A stretch of DNA of 64,000 nucleotides from the human T2T-CHM13v2.0 reference genome, Homo sapiens. The stretch is from the NCBI RefSeq assembly GCF_009914755.1, contig NC_060926.1. One strand, written 5' to 3'. This document shows, in pieces, positions 42,051 through 55,961 of the stretch. The translations under genes and the position numbers were made by a program. The notes beneath the pieces were generated by a model. It was not told the DNA's origin. It searched no databases and was given only the letters and a program-made list of their open reading frames with translations. Each line of letters opens with the position of its first letter. Position 1 is the stretch's first letter.

Positions 42051-44379
42051 AAAAAGTGGGAGGAATGGTCTCTCCCTCCTTTAACGATTTGTTGTGGGTA
42101 TTTTTTTACAACAACTAAAAATGATATAAAGGTGAACCCCCCACCAGAGTTAGTCTTCTGTTTTTTTTTTTTTGTTTTTTCCCCTCTCAGGTTTCTTTGT
42201 ATTAAATACAATTAATAGGGCCAGGCCTCCAACCCTTCATAAGGCCTGGAACTTCAGTCTTCCTTCACCACCCCTTCTTCCTTCTGCCTTCCCTGCAAAC
42301 AACTCATCCACTTCAAGCTCTAAAGAGGAAAATAAACTTAATTGATAAAACAACAAACCCTGAAAATCAAAAACTATTGCCAGTGATCCTGTCTTCACAA
42401 TGTTTTATTCACAACTATTTAACTGGATTTTAAGACTGTACTCAATCATAGAAAACCTTTAATTTACTTGCCTATAGACAAAATTGAAGAATGGGTATGC
42501 CAACTCCATTGTTGGGAAGGAATTATCAAGGAAAATGAAATATGTGCACTGTCCCAGTGTTGTCTCTTCCTGAATTTGGATAGACCAAGATTCTGAGCAA
42601 GATTATTCTCTAATGAATGCTTCCTGAGTGGTGTAGGTAGAATTACAGTTCCTTCCTTGTAAACTTTTGTTTGCCATGGAACTTAACTCTCATCTTTCAA
42701 CTGGCTTGCTTTCTATCTCTCACTAACTCTTTTCCAAATCCCTCTATGAAATATAAAACATTTCTCGATGCACTCAAATGATTTTGATGCTCCCTTTTAT
42801 TCCTCCTACTCTCATCTGAACTTGGCTCCTACTCAGATCCTCTTACAGGAGTGGTCTGGGATTTCCCTTCACCATTATCCCAGATCTCATCTTCACCTTG
42901 ACATCACATGGATCACCAAAGTCTTTGGAACTCATGTTATCCTTTCTCAGTATACTTGCTTAGCTTATGTGGTAGTAGTAATTGTTCATACCTTGAATGA
43001 CTAAAATGTCTTTATTCTGTCCTCATATTTGATTGATTATTTCTCTGAGTGTCAAATATAAATGGAAATACATTTTTCTGGGAATTGTCAAGGCATGATT
43101 CCTTTCTTTTCTAGCTGCTAGTGTTGCTGTTGGAAAGTCTAGCGACATTCTTTATCCAAAGGCTCTTTAAGTTACATCTTGTTTTTCTCTCAGGTAGCCT
43201 TTAGAATCACAGACACCGTCTCTAGTGTCTGGTATGTCATGATATTATAACTCTGTACAACCTTTTTCCTTTCATTGTGCTAGACATTGGGTGAGACCTT
43301 TCAATTTCAAAACTTACACCCTTGTTTCTGAGAGATGGTCTTAAAGTATTGCGCTGAAGATCTTCTCTTCTTTTTCTTTGATTTGTCTGTGAACCCTAGT
43401 ATTTGGATGGTACATCTTATAGGCTGAGGCTTTAATTTTATTAACTTTTATATTCTCTAACTCTTGGTCTTTTGTTCAATTTTCTGGGAAATTTCCTAAA
43501 ATTTGTCTTCCATTTCTCCTACTGAATTACTACATTTTTATTTCAAAGAGTTGTTCTTGATTCCTCTCTTAATGTCTCTGGTTTATGGAAATGAAGAGAA
43601 GCAGTCAGCTTGGGAGTGTTAACACCACTTCTCTCTTACTCAGAAGTTCTTTTACTGTTGATCTAGGAGTACCTCAGACCTGACTAATCTTCAAGGACTT
43701 ATCTCCCACCATTTCTTGCATGAAACAAGGCAGAGTTTGAGGACTGGCAGATTACACAAATCCCCTTTCTAAAGTGTCTGCCTGCGGATTTACACATTCT
43801 GCTAAATCCTGCCCCAAAAGTCAGAATGAGTGGCAGACAGAACGGAGCTCACCTTGTGTTGTTGGACCTCAAGTTTGGACTGGAAGAGACACTTATCACA
43901 GATTGATCTAATTTCTTTAATGAGAGTCATGCCAAATATGTTAGCTAAATATATCTTATTTAAACTCCTTTGGCAAAGGGGACTAGATCAAGTGTGGGTT
44001 GTGGAATAAGGAATTAGATGCAAGGAATTAGTTCTAGATTGTATTAGCAAAGATTGGGATAAAAGGACATTTAATAGTAGAAAAAAAATCCTCCCCCCAA
44101 AAATGCTGTCCCTTAGCATCAGAGAGCAGCCAGTAGATTGATGGTTAGCCCAGGAAAAGAATGTTCAAATGTGCCCTCTCTTCCCTGAATTCCAAATCAA
44201 TGCTCCTCAGACACTGTAGTTCTAGGCAGATAAGCAGACCTGGGTGGCCACAGAAAATAAATGAAACTTGACTCCTCAAGCCACTTAGCTTTACTCTTCA
44301 GATTGTTTGGCCTTTCCTTTTCTATCTTCTTCTTGATTTGGATCATTGTCAGGATCATTGTCATTCTGTATACTGTAGA

Positions 44380-44580
44380 TGATGATGATGATAATTTGAG
44401 CACATACAATATACCAAGCACTCTGAGGTAAAGTATTTATAAAATTTCAGTTAATTCAGAAAATAACCTATTTGCAGTAGATAATATTACATCTGTTTTA
44501 TAAGCTATAACCTGAAGTTCTAAGAGCTTAAATGATTTATTCATAGTCACTCATTACCTTATTTATTTTTATACTCTAAA
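44380..44580 (-). mobile_element. MIR
   Basis: TTGAGCACATAC...CCAAGCACT...AATAACCTAT...ATTACATCTGTTTTA. Confidence 0.55.
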
Positions 44581-46729
44581 TTCTCTTTGTTTCCACTTCC
44601 AAATCCTCAGCTCTGTCTATAATTGAAAGATAACAAAACAGAAGATAAATGGGAAACAATGCATCCAGAATAGCTAAGAAATTAAAAAATAGATTTTTAA
44701 AAAATTACAATTTTCTATTTCTACACTTCAGAATCCATTTCACTGAGTCTGAACCTCATTTCATGTGCCTCTTGCTGGAGTAAAAAGCAGAGAATTGGCA
44801 TTGTAGATTAGTCAAGATGATAGCTCCCTATAGACATGAAAGCCTCCTTTATTGGGAGAAATAAAAGGAAAACGACCCAAAATCACAACCCTAGAATTAT
44901 AACCTTATTCAAAAGCTATAAAGCACTACCAGCTATCTGTTAAATTCATGCATACTTAAAAATTCAATAATGACCGTGTAGGGAATACTAACTTCAAAAA
45001 ATCATCAGACTTGTGTATAATGAATAATTTTTCCTTTGAAAGGGAAAACTACATGGCACATTTTGCAGTAGATTAGAGATGTGTTTCTACCAAGATTTTC
45101 CAGAATATTCCTGATTTACAACAGCTTATTCTATTGCCAGAGCATAACACAAATTTTAGATAAAATATATACATATATGGTTACTATTAACTTTAAAAAT
45201 TGAAGATCTTTTTATCTTAGAACACAAAACATCCCAATCAAGAGAAAGGGGTACATTATTACCTTCATTTTGGTGTAAAAGAGACAGGCAGAAGGAAGTT
45301 AAATTGCTCATTTAGGACGTTTGCAGGAGCAATAGAAAGTAGAAAGCCTTTCTACTGGCCTCTCAGTGTTTTATCCACCAGAGTACACCCTGCACACAAA
45401 TAGAACATTGCTATAATGAAGTGAGATACTGATTTGGGGATGTGGAATTTAAAATATTGCCTTATCCTCACATTGAGCATAGAAATGATCAAAACCATAC
45501 TTGTGAAAGCATCTTTGCCTCTGTTCTTCCATTTACTTCTTAGCCTCCAGGGTAACATAATCAGACACCAGAGTTAAAAGAATGAAGAAGACGTGGATAG
45601 AGGTCATCACTGAGCAAGTTTATAAAGCCCCTAAAACATGAGGCTACTTAAAGTCTGTTATTTTCATGTAACAAAATAATTTGATTGTAAAAGTGTAAAT
45701 CATAGGATTGAAATTTGATATAAAATCAGATTGTTTTTATTCCTGTGTTAAAATATTAATAAGAGAGAAATTAATCCACATAAACCTAGAGCAGAAAAAG
45801 GTCAGAACACTCCTGGCTTTAACGGGGAAGAAACAGAGACCTGAAAACGTGCTCCTTAAGGTCACGGTACCACCCATTAGAGGAGAAGGGGAACTCATAA
45901 ACAAAGGAAGGGCAGTGTGTTTTCTTTTTATTCTGGTTACCCTAGCCAACCCAAACCAGAATGAGGAGTGGATATATTCAGTACTCAAATGCAAACAAGA
46001 ATCTACAAGTTAAAAATGCCTGAACTTATTATTTGAAAATGTTAATAGCTGATAAATGATGTCGTTATCTTTCATGTTGCATTTTGGAAAAATGAGCATT
46101 AGAGGGCAGGTAGTTAATCCTGCCTGTTTAAATATCTTGAACATATCTTTCTCTTTCTTATCATATAATTATTTGTTTTAAAGACTTATTTTTTTTTAAA
46201 TTTCAAAGCCGCACACCTGCAAAATCTATGCTTAGAAACTTACCTTCAACAAGGGCCTGAAAAGGCTGTTGTGTTGGGGATGCACAAAACTAAAATTATT
46301 ATACATTGTAGACAGGCATAAGAATATGAACGGCGCTCCATGGCACAGCATACGGTACTTCAAATCAGGACTGCATGAGGAAAATCCAGACCTACCATGG
46401 ACAACATAAATTCCAAGTCTCTTCAATCTTTGTATTCCTTACCTGTACTGAAATTCAAAACAGAGGCTGTTCCTATGCCTCTGTCTCAGAGCTAAGTATG
46501 CCATGTCAGAATTACTGGTAATTGGAACCACAGGCTTTCTGAGCACAAGACAGAAGGATATAGAAACATGCAAATCGCCTCTGTAATTCTTCAGCTCCAA
46601 TTTCATCCCTGCCAGAGAAAATGTATGGTTGCACCAGCACTGTTTTTCCTAGAGGTTGTGTGATTAAATATTCAATGGTATTTGCCCAAGCCTGCTGCCA
46701 TTTTCCTCCATAACAAAAACGTATAGGCT

Positions 46730-46946
46730 GTCTTCTTTACTTTCCTCCCTTCCTTTCTTATTTTTCTCCCTTTCTTTCTTTCTTTCTTTTTCTTTCTTTC
46801 TTTTCTTTCTTCTTTCTCTCTTTCTTTTTCTTCTCTCTCTCCTTTTTTTCTCTCTCTCTTTCTTTCTTTTCCCTCCCTTCCTTCCTTCTTTCCTTTCTTC
46901 TTCCTTTCCTTTCCTTTTTTTTTCCTTTCTTCCCTTTTTCTTTTTA
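46730..46946. repeat. Polypyrimidine (TTTC/TC-rich) low-complexity tract
   Basis: Read directly from the sequence. Confidence 0.95.
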
Positions 46947-48909
46947 AGCAGATGATGCTTTATATTCAAGCAAGGGTCTGAAACTCTAGGATTCCATACC
47001 AGGGAGCACAGGACCCACACGGCTCCGGCACAAAATCATAAACAGTATTCTATCTGAGAGACAGATAGAAAGAGTAGCCAATGAAGACTTTGGGGGTCAC
47101 AGAAACACACCATCTAACGAGGCTGTCTCTAAAGCACAGCACACTAAGCCAACTCAGACTGCTTCAGGCCGATTTCGGGTAAAGGTCCAAGTTCCTCCCT
47201 CCCACTGCCCCACAGGCAGCTGCTGAAACAAACAGTCCTACATCTCTGGGCTCCTTGAATGAGGCGATTGTATTTCAGCCCATTGTTTTGTGTGGACACT
47301 TATTAACCCGGCTGAATTTACAGCAGGGGATTGCACTCAATATCTATTGATTAGCAGTCAGTAGTGCAGTAATCCTCCTGCTCTGATCAATGCAGGCAGC
47401 AGAGCAGGCCTCCCAACCCGCCAGTGCCCTTTTCCCGGCCATTGATATGCGTGTCGGGATGTGAGAGACGCTGCAGGGAAGGTGAGCTGCCCTGTTAAGT
47501 GTTCCCAGTTATTGGAAATTCCTGGTAAGGGGTCGCTGCTTTCTTGATAACCCTCTGCCGATTCTGAGCAAGGTTCAGCAACTTTTAACAAATAACAGCA
47601 TTGTAGGAGACAAAAGTGAAATACTCTGGCCGTCGTTCCTGAATTACAAATCATAATAACCCTCTGGCCAGGTAGAAATTGACACAGCCCACTTCTCAGT
47701 TGTTAAATCTTTCCAGTATCTGTGACAAAATGAAACATTCCACAAATGTGGTTTCATTGCTGAACTAGATTCCATACATTGCTATTTTTATTATTAAAGG
47801 GGTTGCCTTTGGTTTGTGTTGTGCAAGCATTTTTCATTAATAAAACATAAGTGATATGTAATGATTTCCTGTACTTTTTTTATATTGATCTATTTTTTCT
47901 TTTACTAGTCCCTAAAACAATTAAGTTTATTGATATATTTAAGAAACCAATCTGGGAACTCTTGATATTTTAAAAAATATATTAAACAAAAGTCTTCCAA
48001 ATAAAGTCAGTCTTTGTAAAATTGTGGAGCTAAAATATATTAAAATAAAACAAAATATAGCAGTGGAATATCTCTGTGTAACTGTTGAAGATCCATTATT
48101 GATGCAGTCTGGTTTCTTGGAGGTAAGATTAGCATTTCCACACATTTACAAAGTCCACCAATCACTTTCCTATATAAAAGGGTCCATCTCCTCTCCATAC
48201 ATAGGTGCACTTAGACTGGAAGATTTAGAAGGAGAAAATGCGTGATCTTGACTCTTGTAATTGGGATCCTACGGCGCTCTCTTCAGAGGGTCCGCAGCTG
48301 CACCTGCCGCAGAGGAGAATGGTCTGAGTCATTGCCTCCCCCACTGCACTCGGAAGCTTCTCCCTCCCTCACCCCACCATGGTGCACACACTCCCTTTTA
48401 TGATGGGTGAGCTTCTGAAATCACACGTTCCATACATTTCTTTCAAAATCTTGGCTACATAAAATGCATTTAACTGAGTACCGATATACACTCTAACCCC
48501 ACACACATACACACAAACTATACACACATCTACCACACTTACGGGCACATACACACACCACATACACACACATACAGAATTCCTTGCCAGAGAAAGAATG
48601 TCATTAAAACATTTTTAACACATAAAGGGAAATTATTAAAACACATTAAAATAATATAAGCTTTGTTTCCATATATTTGGCACATAGATGTAAAATTTTA
48701 GTGTGTGTGTACATATTCTTTTAATGGTATAATCAGATATAGTTATAATTAAAATGGAAGCTCAGCTCACAGAGGCACTGTGTGTACTTTCTACAAGGGT
48801 GTAGGAGTCTTGGGTCTTTTCAGTAAATTAGGAGAGTATATGCACTCCAAAATTAAAATGGAACTCAAAAAGGCGGATTTGTTTATTTCTATTTAAAAGT
48901 ACACGTTCT

Positions 48910-50190
48910 GTGGCTGGCAAGATGGCTGAATAGGAACAGCTCCAGTCTGCAGCTCCCAGCGAGATCAACACAGAAAACTGGTGATTTCTGCGTTTCCAGT
49001 CGAGGTAACTGGCTCATCTCATTGGGACTGGTTAGACAGTGGGTGCAGCCCACAGAGGGCAAGCCAAAACAGGGTGGGGTGTCACCTCACCCCAGAAGCA
49101 CAAGGGGTCGGGGAACTCTCTCCCCTAGCCAAGGGAAGTCCTGAGGGACTGTGCCATAAGGAATAGTGCATTCTGGCCCAGATACTACACTTTTCCCGTG
49201 GTCTTCACAACCCACAGATCAGACCAGGAGGTTCCCTCGGGTGCCTACGCCACCAGGGCCCTGGGTTTCAAGCACAAAACTGGGCAGCTGTTTGGGCAGA
49301 CACCAAGCTAGCTGCAGAAGTTTTTTTTCATACCCCAGTGGTGCCTGGAACGCTGGTGAGACAGAACCGTTCACTCCCCTGGAAAGGGGGCTGAAGCCAG
49401 GGAGCCAAGTGGTCTAGCTCAGCAGATCCCACCCCCACGGAGCCCAGCAAGCTAAGATCCACTGGCTTGAAATTCTTGCTGCCAGCACAGCAGTCTGAAG
49501 ACAACTTGGGATGCTCGAGCTTGGTTGGGGGAGAAGTGTCCACCATTACCCATTACCAAGGCTTGAGTATGCGGTTTTCCCCTCACAGTGTAAACAAAGC
49601 CACTGGGAAGTTCAAACTGGGCGTACCCCACCACAGCTTGGCAAAGCTGCTGTAGCCAGTCTTCGTCTTTAGATTCCTCCTCTCTGGGCAGGACGGACAT
49701 CTCTGAAAGAAAGCCAGCAGCCCCAGTCAGGGGCTTACAGATAAAACGCCCATCTCCCTGGGACAGAACACCTTGGGGAAGGGGCGGCTGTGGGTGCAGC
49801 TTCAGCAGACTTAAACATTCCTTCCTGCCAGCTCTGAAGAGAGCAGTGGATCTCCCAGCACAGCAGTCAAGCTCTGCTAAGGGCAGACTGCCTCCTTAAG
49901 TGGGTCCCTGACCCCCGTGCCTCCTGACTGGGAGACACCTTCCAGCAGGGGTCAACAGACACCTCATACAGGAGAGCTCTGGCTGGCATCTGGCGGGTGC
50001 CCCTGAGACGAAGCTTCCAGAGGAAGGAACAGGCAGCAATATTTGCTGTTCTGCAGCCTCTGCTGGTGATACCCAGGCAAACAGAGTCTGGAGTGGACTT
50101 CCACCAAACTCCAGCAGACCTGCAGCAGAGGGGCTTGACTATTCGAAGGAAAACTAACAAACAGAAAGGAATAGCATCAACATCAACAAA
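48910..50190 (+). mobile_element. L1PA7/8-like (L1P3) complete 5' UTR
   Basis: GGCTGGCAAGATGGCTGAATAGGAACAGCTCCAGTCTGCAGCTCCCAGCGAGATCAAC...GGAAAACTAACAAACAGAAAGGAATAGCATCAACATCAAC. Confidence 0.9.
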
Positions 50191-50985
50191 ATAAATCAAC
50201 AAGGAAAAGACAAATAACATTATTAAAAAATGGGCAAATGGCATGAACAGCAACTTCTCAAAAGATGACATTTAAGTGGCCAGTAAACATATAAAAAATA
50301 TTCATCATCATGAATCATCAGAGCAAAGCAAATCAAAACCACAATGAGACAGCATCTTACATCGGTCAGATGGCTATTCTTAAAAAGTCAAAAAACAACA
50401 GGTGCTGGCAAAGCTGTGGAGAAAAGAGAATGCTTATACACTGTTGGTGGGAATGTAAATTAGTTCAGCCACTGTGAAAAGCAGTTTGGAGATTTCCCAA
50501 ATAACTTAAAACAGAGCTACCATCCGACCCAGCAATACCACTACTGGGTATTATACCCAAAGGAAAATAGATCATTATATCAAAAAGACAAATGCATTCA
50601 TATTCAGCACCTCATTATTCACAATAGCAAAGACCTGGACTTAACTTAGGTGCACATTAATGGTGGATTAGGTAAAGAAAATATAGTACATATATACTAC
50701 GAAATACTAAACAGCCATACATAAGAATGAAATCTTATCCTTTGCAGCAACATGGAGCTGGAGGCCAACCCTAAGTGAATTAATGCAGGAATAGAAAACC
50801 AAATACCACTCTGTTCTCACTTATAAGTGGTAGCTAAACATTGAGCACACATGGATGTAAACATGGGAACAACAGACACTGCAGACTATTAGAGGGTGGA
50901 GCAAGGGAGCAGGGCATGCATGGAAAGTAACAATCCACACATGTTCCCATTGTATCTAAAATAAAATATGAATTAAAAAAACAAG
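50191..50985 (+). mobile_element. L1 ORF2 C-terminus and 3' UTR, older subfamily (L1PA16/L1PB4-like)
   Basis: AAATCAAAACCACAATGAGA...GAATGTAAATTAGTTCAGCCACTGTG...GCTAAACATTGAGCACACATGG followed by an A-rich end. Confidence 0.85.
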
Positions 50986-51624
50986 TTACAAAATGTGCTA
51001 ATTTAAATTTTACATGTGTTATAAAACTCAACAATAAGCAGAGCAATTATTTAGAACTTAGACCAATCAAATAGTATTTTTCAGAAAGGTGTATGTTATC
51101 CCTGATGTTGTTTAGAATTGCCAGCATATGTTGATAGTGAAAAGAAGACTGACGTTTTATTCCTGATTTAAGTATTCTGTAAACAAGGCTGGTATTGCCC
51201 TAATGACTGCTGTCACTGCCCAGAGTTGGCATGCTACTCCAACCAAGAGAGGATGAATCACAAAATAGTATTATTGAATGCTGAGCAGACTTGCTGTCCC
51301 CTTAAAGTGACTGCCATCATTTCATGTGGGGCCTGGGAGTCAGGAGAAAAGAGCAGCTTTCATGGATATGTCCCTAAGGGCCACTAGAGCCTGTGATACC
51401 ATCTCCTTCCCAACATGCCTTCCTATCCTGTTTGGCTGGTCTGTCTGGGATGCACTCATCCAAGGAGACACAAACAGTTATCCATGCATATAGGGACCCT
51501 GTAGATGGAGTCCAAGGTGTCACAAAGAACTGCCACCATTCAATTCTGTGGGACCTCCTAAAGTCCTGGAATGGCCCACATTAATCTCATTGTTAGGAGC
51601 TTTAAGAAAACTCTTCAAAGGACT

Positions 51625-52001
51625 TGATATGGTTTGGCTGTGTCCCCACCCAAATCTCATCTTGAGTTGTAGTTCCCAAAATCCCCATGTGTCGTAGGAG
51701 GGACCAGGTAGAGATACTTGAATCATGGGGGCAGTTTTCCCCATCCTGTTCTCACGATAGTGAGTAAGTTCGCACAAGATCTGATGGTTTCATAAAGGGC
51801 TTCCCCCTTCGTTCTGCTATCATACTTCTCCTTCCTGCCACCATATGAAGAAGGATGTGTTTCCGTCCCCTTCTGCCATGATTGTAAGTTTCCTGACACC
51901 TTTCCAGTCCTGCGGAACTGTGAGTCAATTAAACCTCTTTCCTTTATAAATTACCCAGTCTCAGGCACTTCTTTGTAGTAACGTGACAATGGACTAATAC
52001 A
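51625..52001 (+). mobile_element. THE1 (B/C-like) solo LTR
   Basis: TGATATGGTTTGGCTGTGTCCCCACCCAAATCTCATCTTG...GGACTAATACA. TSD GGACT/GGGCT. Confidence 0.93.
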
Positions 52002-52129
52002 GGGCTTCATTTTGTGCCATATACCTAGGGATGCTCCAGAAATGTGCAGTGATGATGATGATGATATTATGCCATTGCTGGCAAACATCACAATTTGAAC
52101 TCATTTGAACACTGCATGGAGGAGCAATT

Positions 52130-52360
52130 ACATACTGATTGCAATGTTGCTAGGCACTGTTCTAAGTGTTTTATCTATTTTAACATTTTATATTTCCAAT
52201 AACCCTATGAAATAGACATTATTTATATCCCCATTTTCAGATGAGAAAACTGACCTCCTTATTTTTGCACAAATAACTTGTGCAAAATCATGCAGCAAAT
52301 AAATAACAGAGCCAGAACTCAAACCAAGGAGGTAGCCTCCAAAGTCCAAACTCTTAGCCA
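52130..52360 (-). mobile_element. MIR
   Basis: GCTAGGCACTGTTCTAAGTG...AACCCTATGA...CCCATTTTCAGATGAGAAAACTGA. Confidence 0.8.
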
Positions 52361-53137
52361 GCCTGTTCTGCCATCCCCCTAAAGTACTCTGTGGTTATGG
52401 TCAGATATTGCCTTCATGTATCACATGGAGAAAGCCATGATGTACCTCATCTTCATGAAACAGAAATTGTGTTTTCTGTTAAATGACTTAAGTTTGTTGG
52501 TTTGCTTATTTATTATTTATTTATTTTTAGTGCCTGGTATAAAAGCCTCTTTAGCTAAGTAAAGTGTCTTCCTCCAATGAGATTTTCATCTATAGGAAGG
52601 AAATGACACCTACTATGTGAACCTACTATGTGTCAGATTCTGAGTCAGGAGATTTGCCTATGTCATTGTATTTAATTATCACAGTTCTGTAAGACAGATA
52701 TTTTGAATGCCTCCCTGTTTTTTTCATTAGGAAAACCAAAATGCAAAAAAGTAAGTCATTTGTACAAGGTTTCTGTAGCAGGTAAAAAATAGAAATGAAA
52801 ATTATATTCAAGTTTTTCTGGGCAAAAAGTTTAGATTGCTGTTACACCAACTCACAGCTCTGAGTGTGACGGTACAGACTGTAACCGACACTGCTCATGT
52901 GCATCCATTATCTCCAAAACCTGGACACTGAAGCACAGCCTCCTTGACAAAGAAGCAGCATCAGACTATTCTTTCAAAGACTTCACTACGGATTAGACCA
53001 CGCTGGAAGGGCCCATCCCACGGGCAGCCTAGCTGCAGGCCAGCAGGGGACCCATGCAGTGTCCAACATGAAGGCCACTGCCCACTAGGTCTTACAATAA
53101 TTAGTAAAGGCAAATACATAAAAACTTCCTGCAATAT

Positions 53138-53823
53138 TGCTACCAGTGGCAAAGATCTGAATTAGCTGTAGTTACAGGCAGCAAATCCATATGAGCCTGC
53201 AGCAACTTCCATTCTTGCCTCCTAAGAAGAAATAATTTGAGGGGCATAAAGCAGAAAAAGAAACCTAGGCAAGTTTCAGAGCAGGAGTGGAAGTTTATTT
53301 AAGAGGCTTTAGAATAGGAAGGAAAAGGAAGTTCACTTGGAAGAGACCCAACTAGGCACCGAGGTCCAAAAGAAAAAAAAAAGAAGAACCTTTAACCTTG
53401 ATCCTGGGACTTTATAGGCTCGCCTATTTCCCATGATTCCTCCCTTAGGGTGGTCTTTCCACATGCGCCGTGCTCTCCTTACCCTTGAGAAATGAGCATG
53501 CGCAGCGTGTTTAGGGAGTTGTATGCATGCCTATCTGAGGCTTTCTTCTTGTTTTCCCGTGGAGTATATCCACAAGATCATACTTCGCCATTTTTGTCTC
53601 TTAATGTGCATGGCCAGGGAGTGGCTTCTCCCTGGGCCTGCCTTTAATTAACACGTAATGTTAACAGGTGTGGACCATCAGAAAATGGCCTCTCCCCGGC
53701 TCTGGCTGCCAATTTATCACATTTAGAGAGTCAGTGCATTAATTGCCGAACCATCACCTGACATATCTAATGGGAAAAGGGAGAGTCATCTCCTGCCCCT
53801 CTCATGCCCATCTACCTGTAACA
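53138..53823 (-). mobile_element. ERV1 solo LTR, MER50-like
   Basis: TG...CA termini with a 4-bp TSD ATAT/ATAT. The reverse complement starts TGTTACAGGTAGATGGGCATGAGAGGGGCAGGAGA. AATAAA on the minus strand near 53294. Confidence 0.8.
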
Positions 53824-54691
53824 ATATCTACTGGAGAACAGAGAAGGAATTCGCCGACTCACGGCAAAATGCCAAGGATGCACCCAAGTTGTTCAGAAAA
53901 GATGACATGAGAAGGTAAAATCCAGAGACAGCAGGAAAGCCCTAAGCGGACTAAAATCTGGAAGGTTTCCCAGCCCCTAATCCCACACACAGGTAATTCC
54001 CTCTCTTGTTTTATATACTTACCGTGATTTCTTTTATTAAGAAAATAGAAGTTTACGGCAAATTGCCATTTTTGTGTATTTTTCACAAATTGTTGACTTA
54101 ATAATAGTTGTTAGTTTTTAAATCATAATACATGTTTCAAAACAATGTTTTTTCTTAGTCATAGAATGAGCTCTCAAAGGTACCATAGTCTTAAGTCTAT
54201 GTGTTAAAGTTAAAATTAAATAGCACTGTGTTTGAAACCTGAAAACTCTCAATTCAGGTAGCATCTTTCTCATTCCCATCTGTGCAGAGAACTTCAATAA
54301 AATTAATATATTTTCAGAACTTCAGTTTCTCATCTAAAGAGATATTATATATATACATATACATATATGTAGTCTATCTAACACATAGAACTGAAAAATG
54401 TGAAAATACATGTGAAAGTTCTTTATAAATGCTAAAGTGTATCAAATCAAAATTTGTTTAATCATCTGTAAAAACCCAGTTATAGTCATACAGAAAAAGA
54501 CTGGCCAAATGATACAGCCCAAGGAATAAGGGAAGGTTTCCCTGATGAAGTGGACTTTGAAGTAAAATATGAAGGATAAGTCTCAGAGCAAAAAAGGTGA
54601 GAAAAAAATTCTAGGCACATGGGAAAGTCCTGGGTAGGAGATGTGTTATGCTGATGTCAACTGCAACTGGCTTACGAGAGCCTATAGTTAA

Positions 54692-55021
<330 letters not shown>

Positions 55022-55961
55022 TGAACCACCATGCTCGGCCTGAAACACAGCCATTGTTAAAACTAATTAAACACATTTGTAATGCATTTATTATAATAAC
55101 ACCTTTCATTACAGTTAAATTAATTATGTTAAAATAAAGGCAATAAATAATCAAGACTCACTTCCCACTTCTTTTACCATTATCTATGCTTTTAGATTAG
55201 GTATGCCTATTGTATTTGTATGGTGGAAATACTATACAATGTGCTTCTTACTATGTTTCTCTTCTTAATTCAGCATTCAGTGGTGTCACATTGGCAGTCT
55301 GAAATAAGTCATGGTGGGAATATTCGCATCATGAAAATAGGCAAATATTACAAAGCAGGGCTTGATTTATAGTTCTGTTGATTGTCTAAATTAAAGCAAA
55401 TGATTAAAAAATCTTAATAATGCTGACCATACTTAAAAGTGTGTATGTCTATAGCTGTTACATTGTGAGTAATACAAAAAAATGGAGCAAGTAGTCTTCA
55501 GTAATTGAGAACTCTTATCTGGTTCAGCAAGTAGGTCACTGATATCCTTGACAGATTAGTGAAGTTCCAGTACACATCTTTGTTATTTTACTTTTGTCTT
55601 ATTTGTTTGCTAAATAAAAATACCATCAACATTACATTGGAACTTTATTTATTTGTCAATGCTGTGAGAAACTCCTTTGCAGAATCAGATAGTAATCAGA
55701 TGTTTATTTATTCATGGTCTAATTTTGTCAAATCTCACTTTCATTACAACAGTAAGCTGGTGATAAGACTGGTTATGAATACATATGTTTGGCAAAAATC
55801 AATGAAATCATCCTGGGAGAATTAATTGGCAAAATGGGATTTACAAAAAGGTATTACATAGTTTATTATTTGAAAATTATAAATTTTAAAACAAATTTAT
55901 ACACACGTATGTATAATATACTTTTTGTTCCTAGAGACTTAATCATTAAACACTTGCCAGA

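Noticed and set aside
46664-47020. 118-aa K/R/E-rich ORF
   Set aside because: It is the reverse-strand reading of a TTTC low-complexity tract.
48981-50271. Possible L1 ORF0/ORF1 coding capacity
   Set aside because: ORF1 is absent after the 5' UTR. The listed ORFs are incidental readings of the UTR and junction, and I cannot support an intact ORF0.
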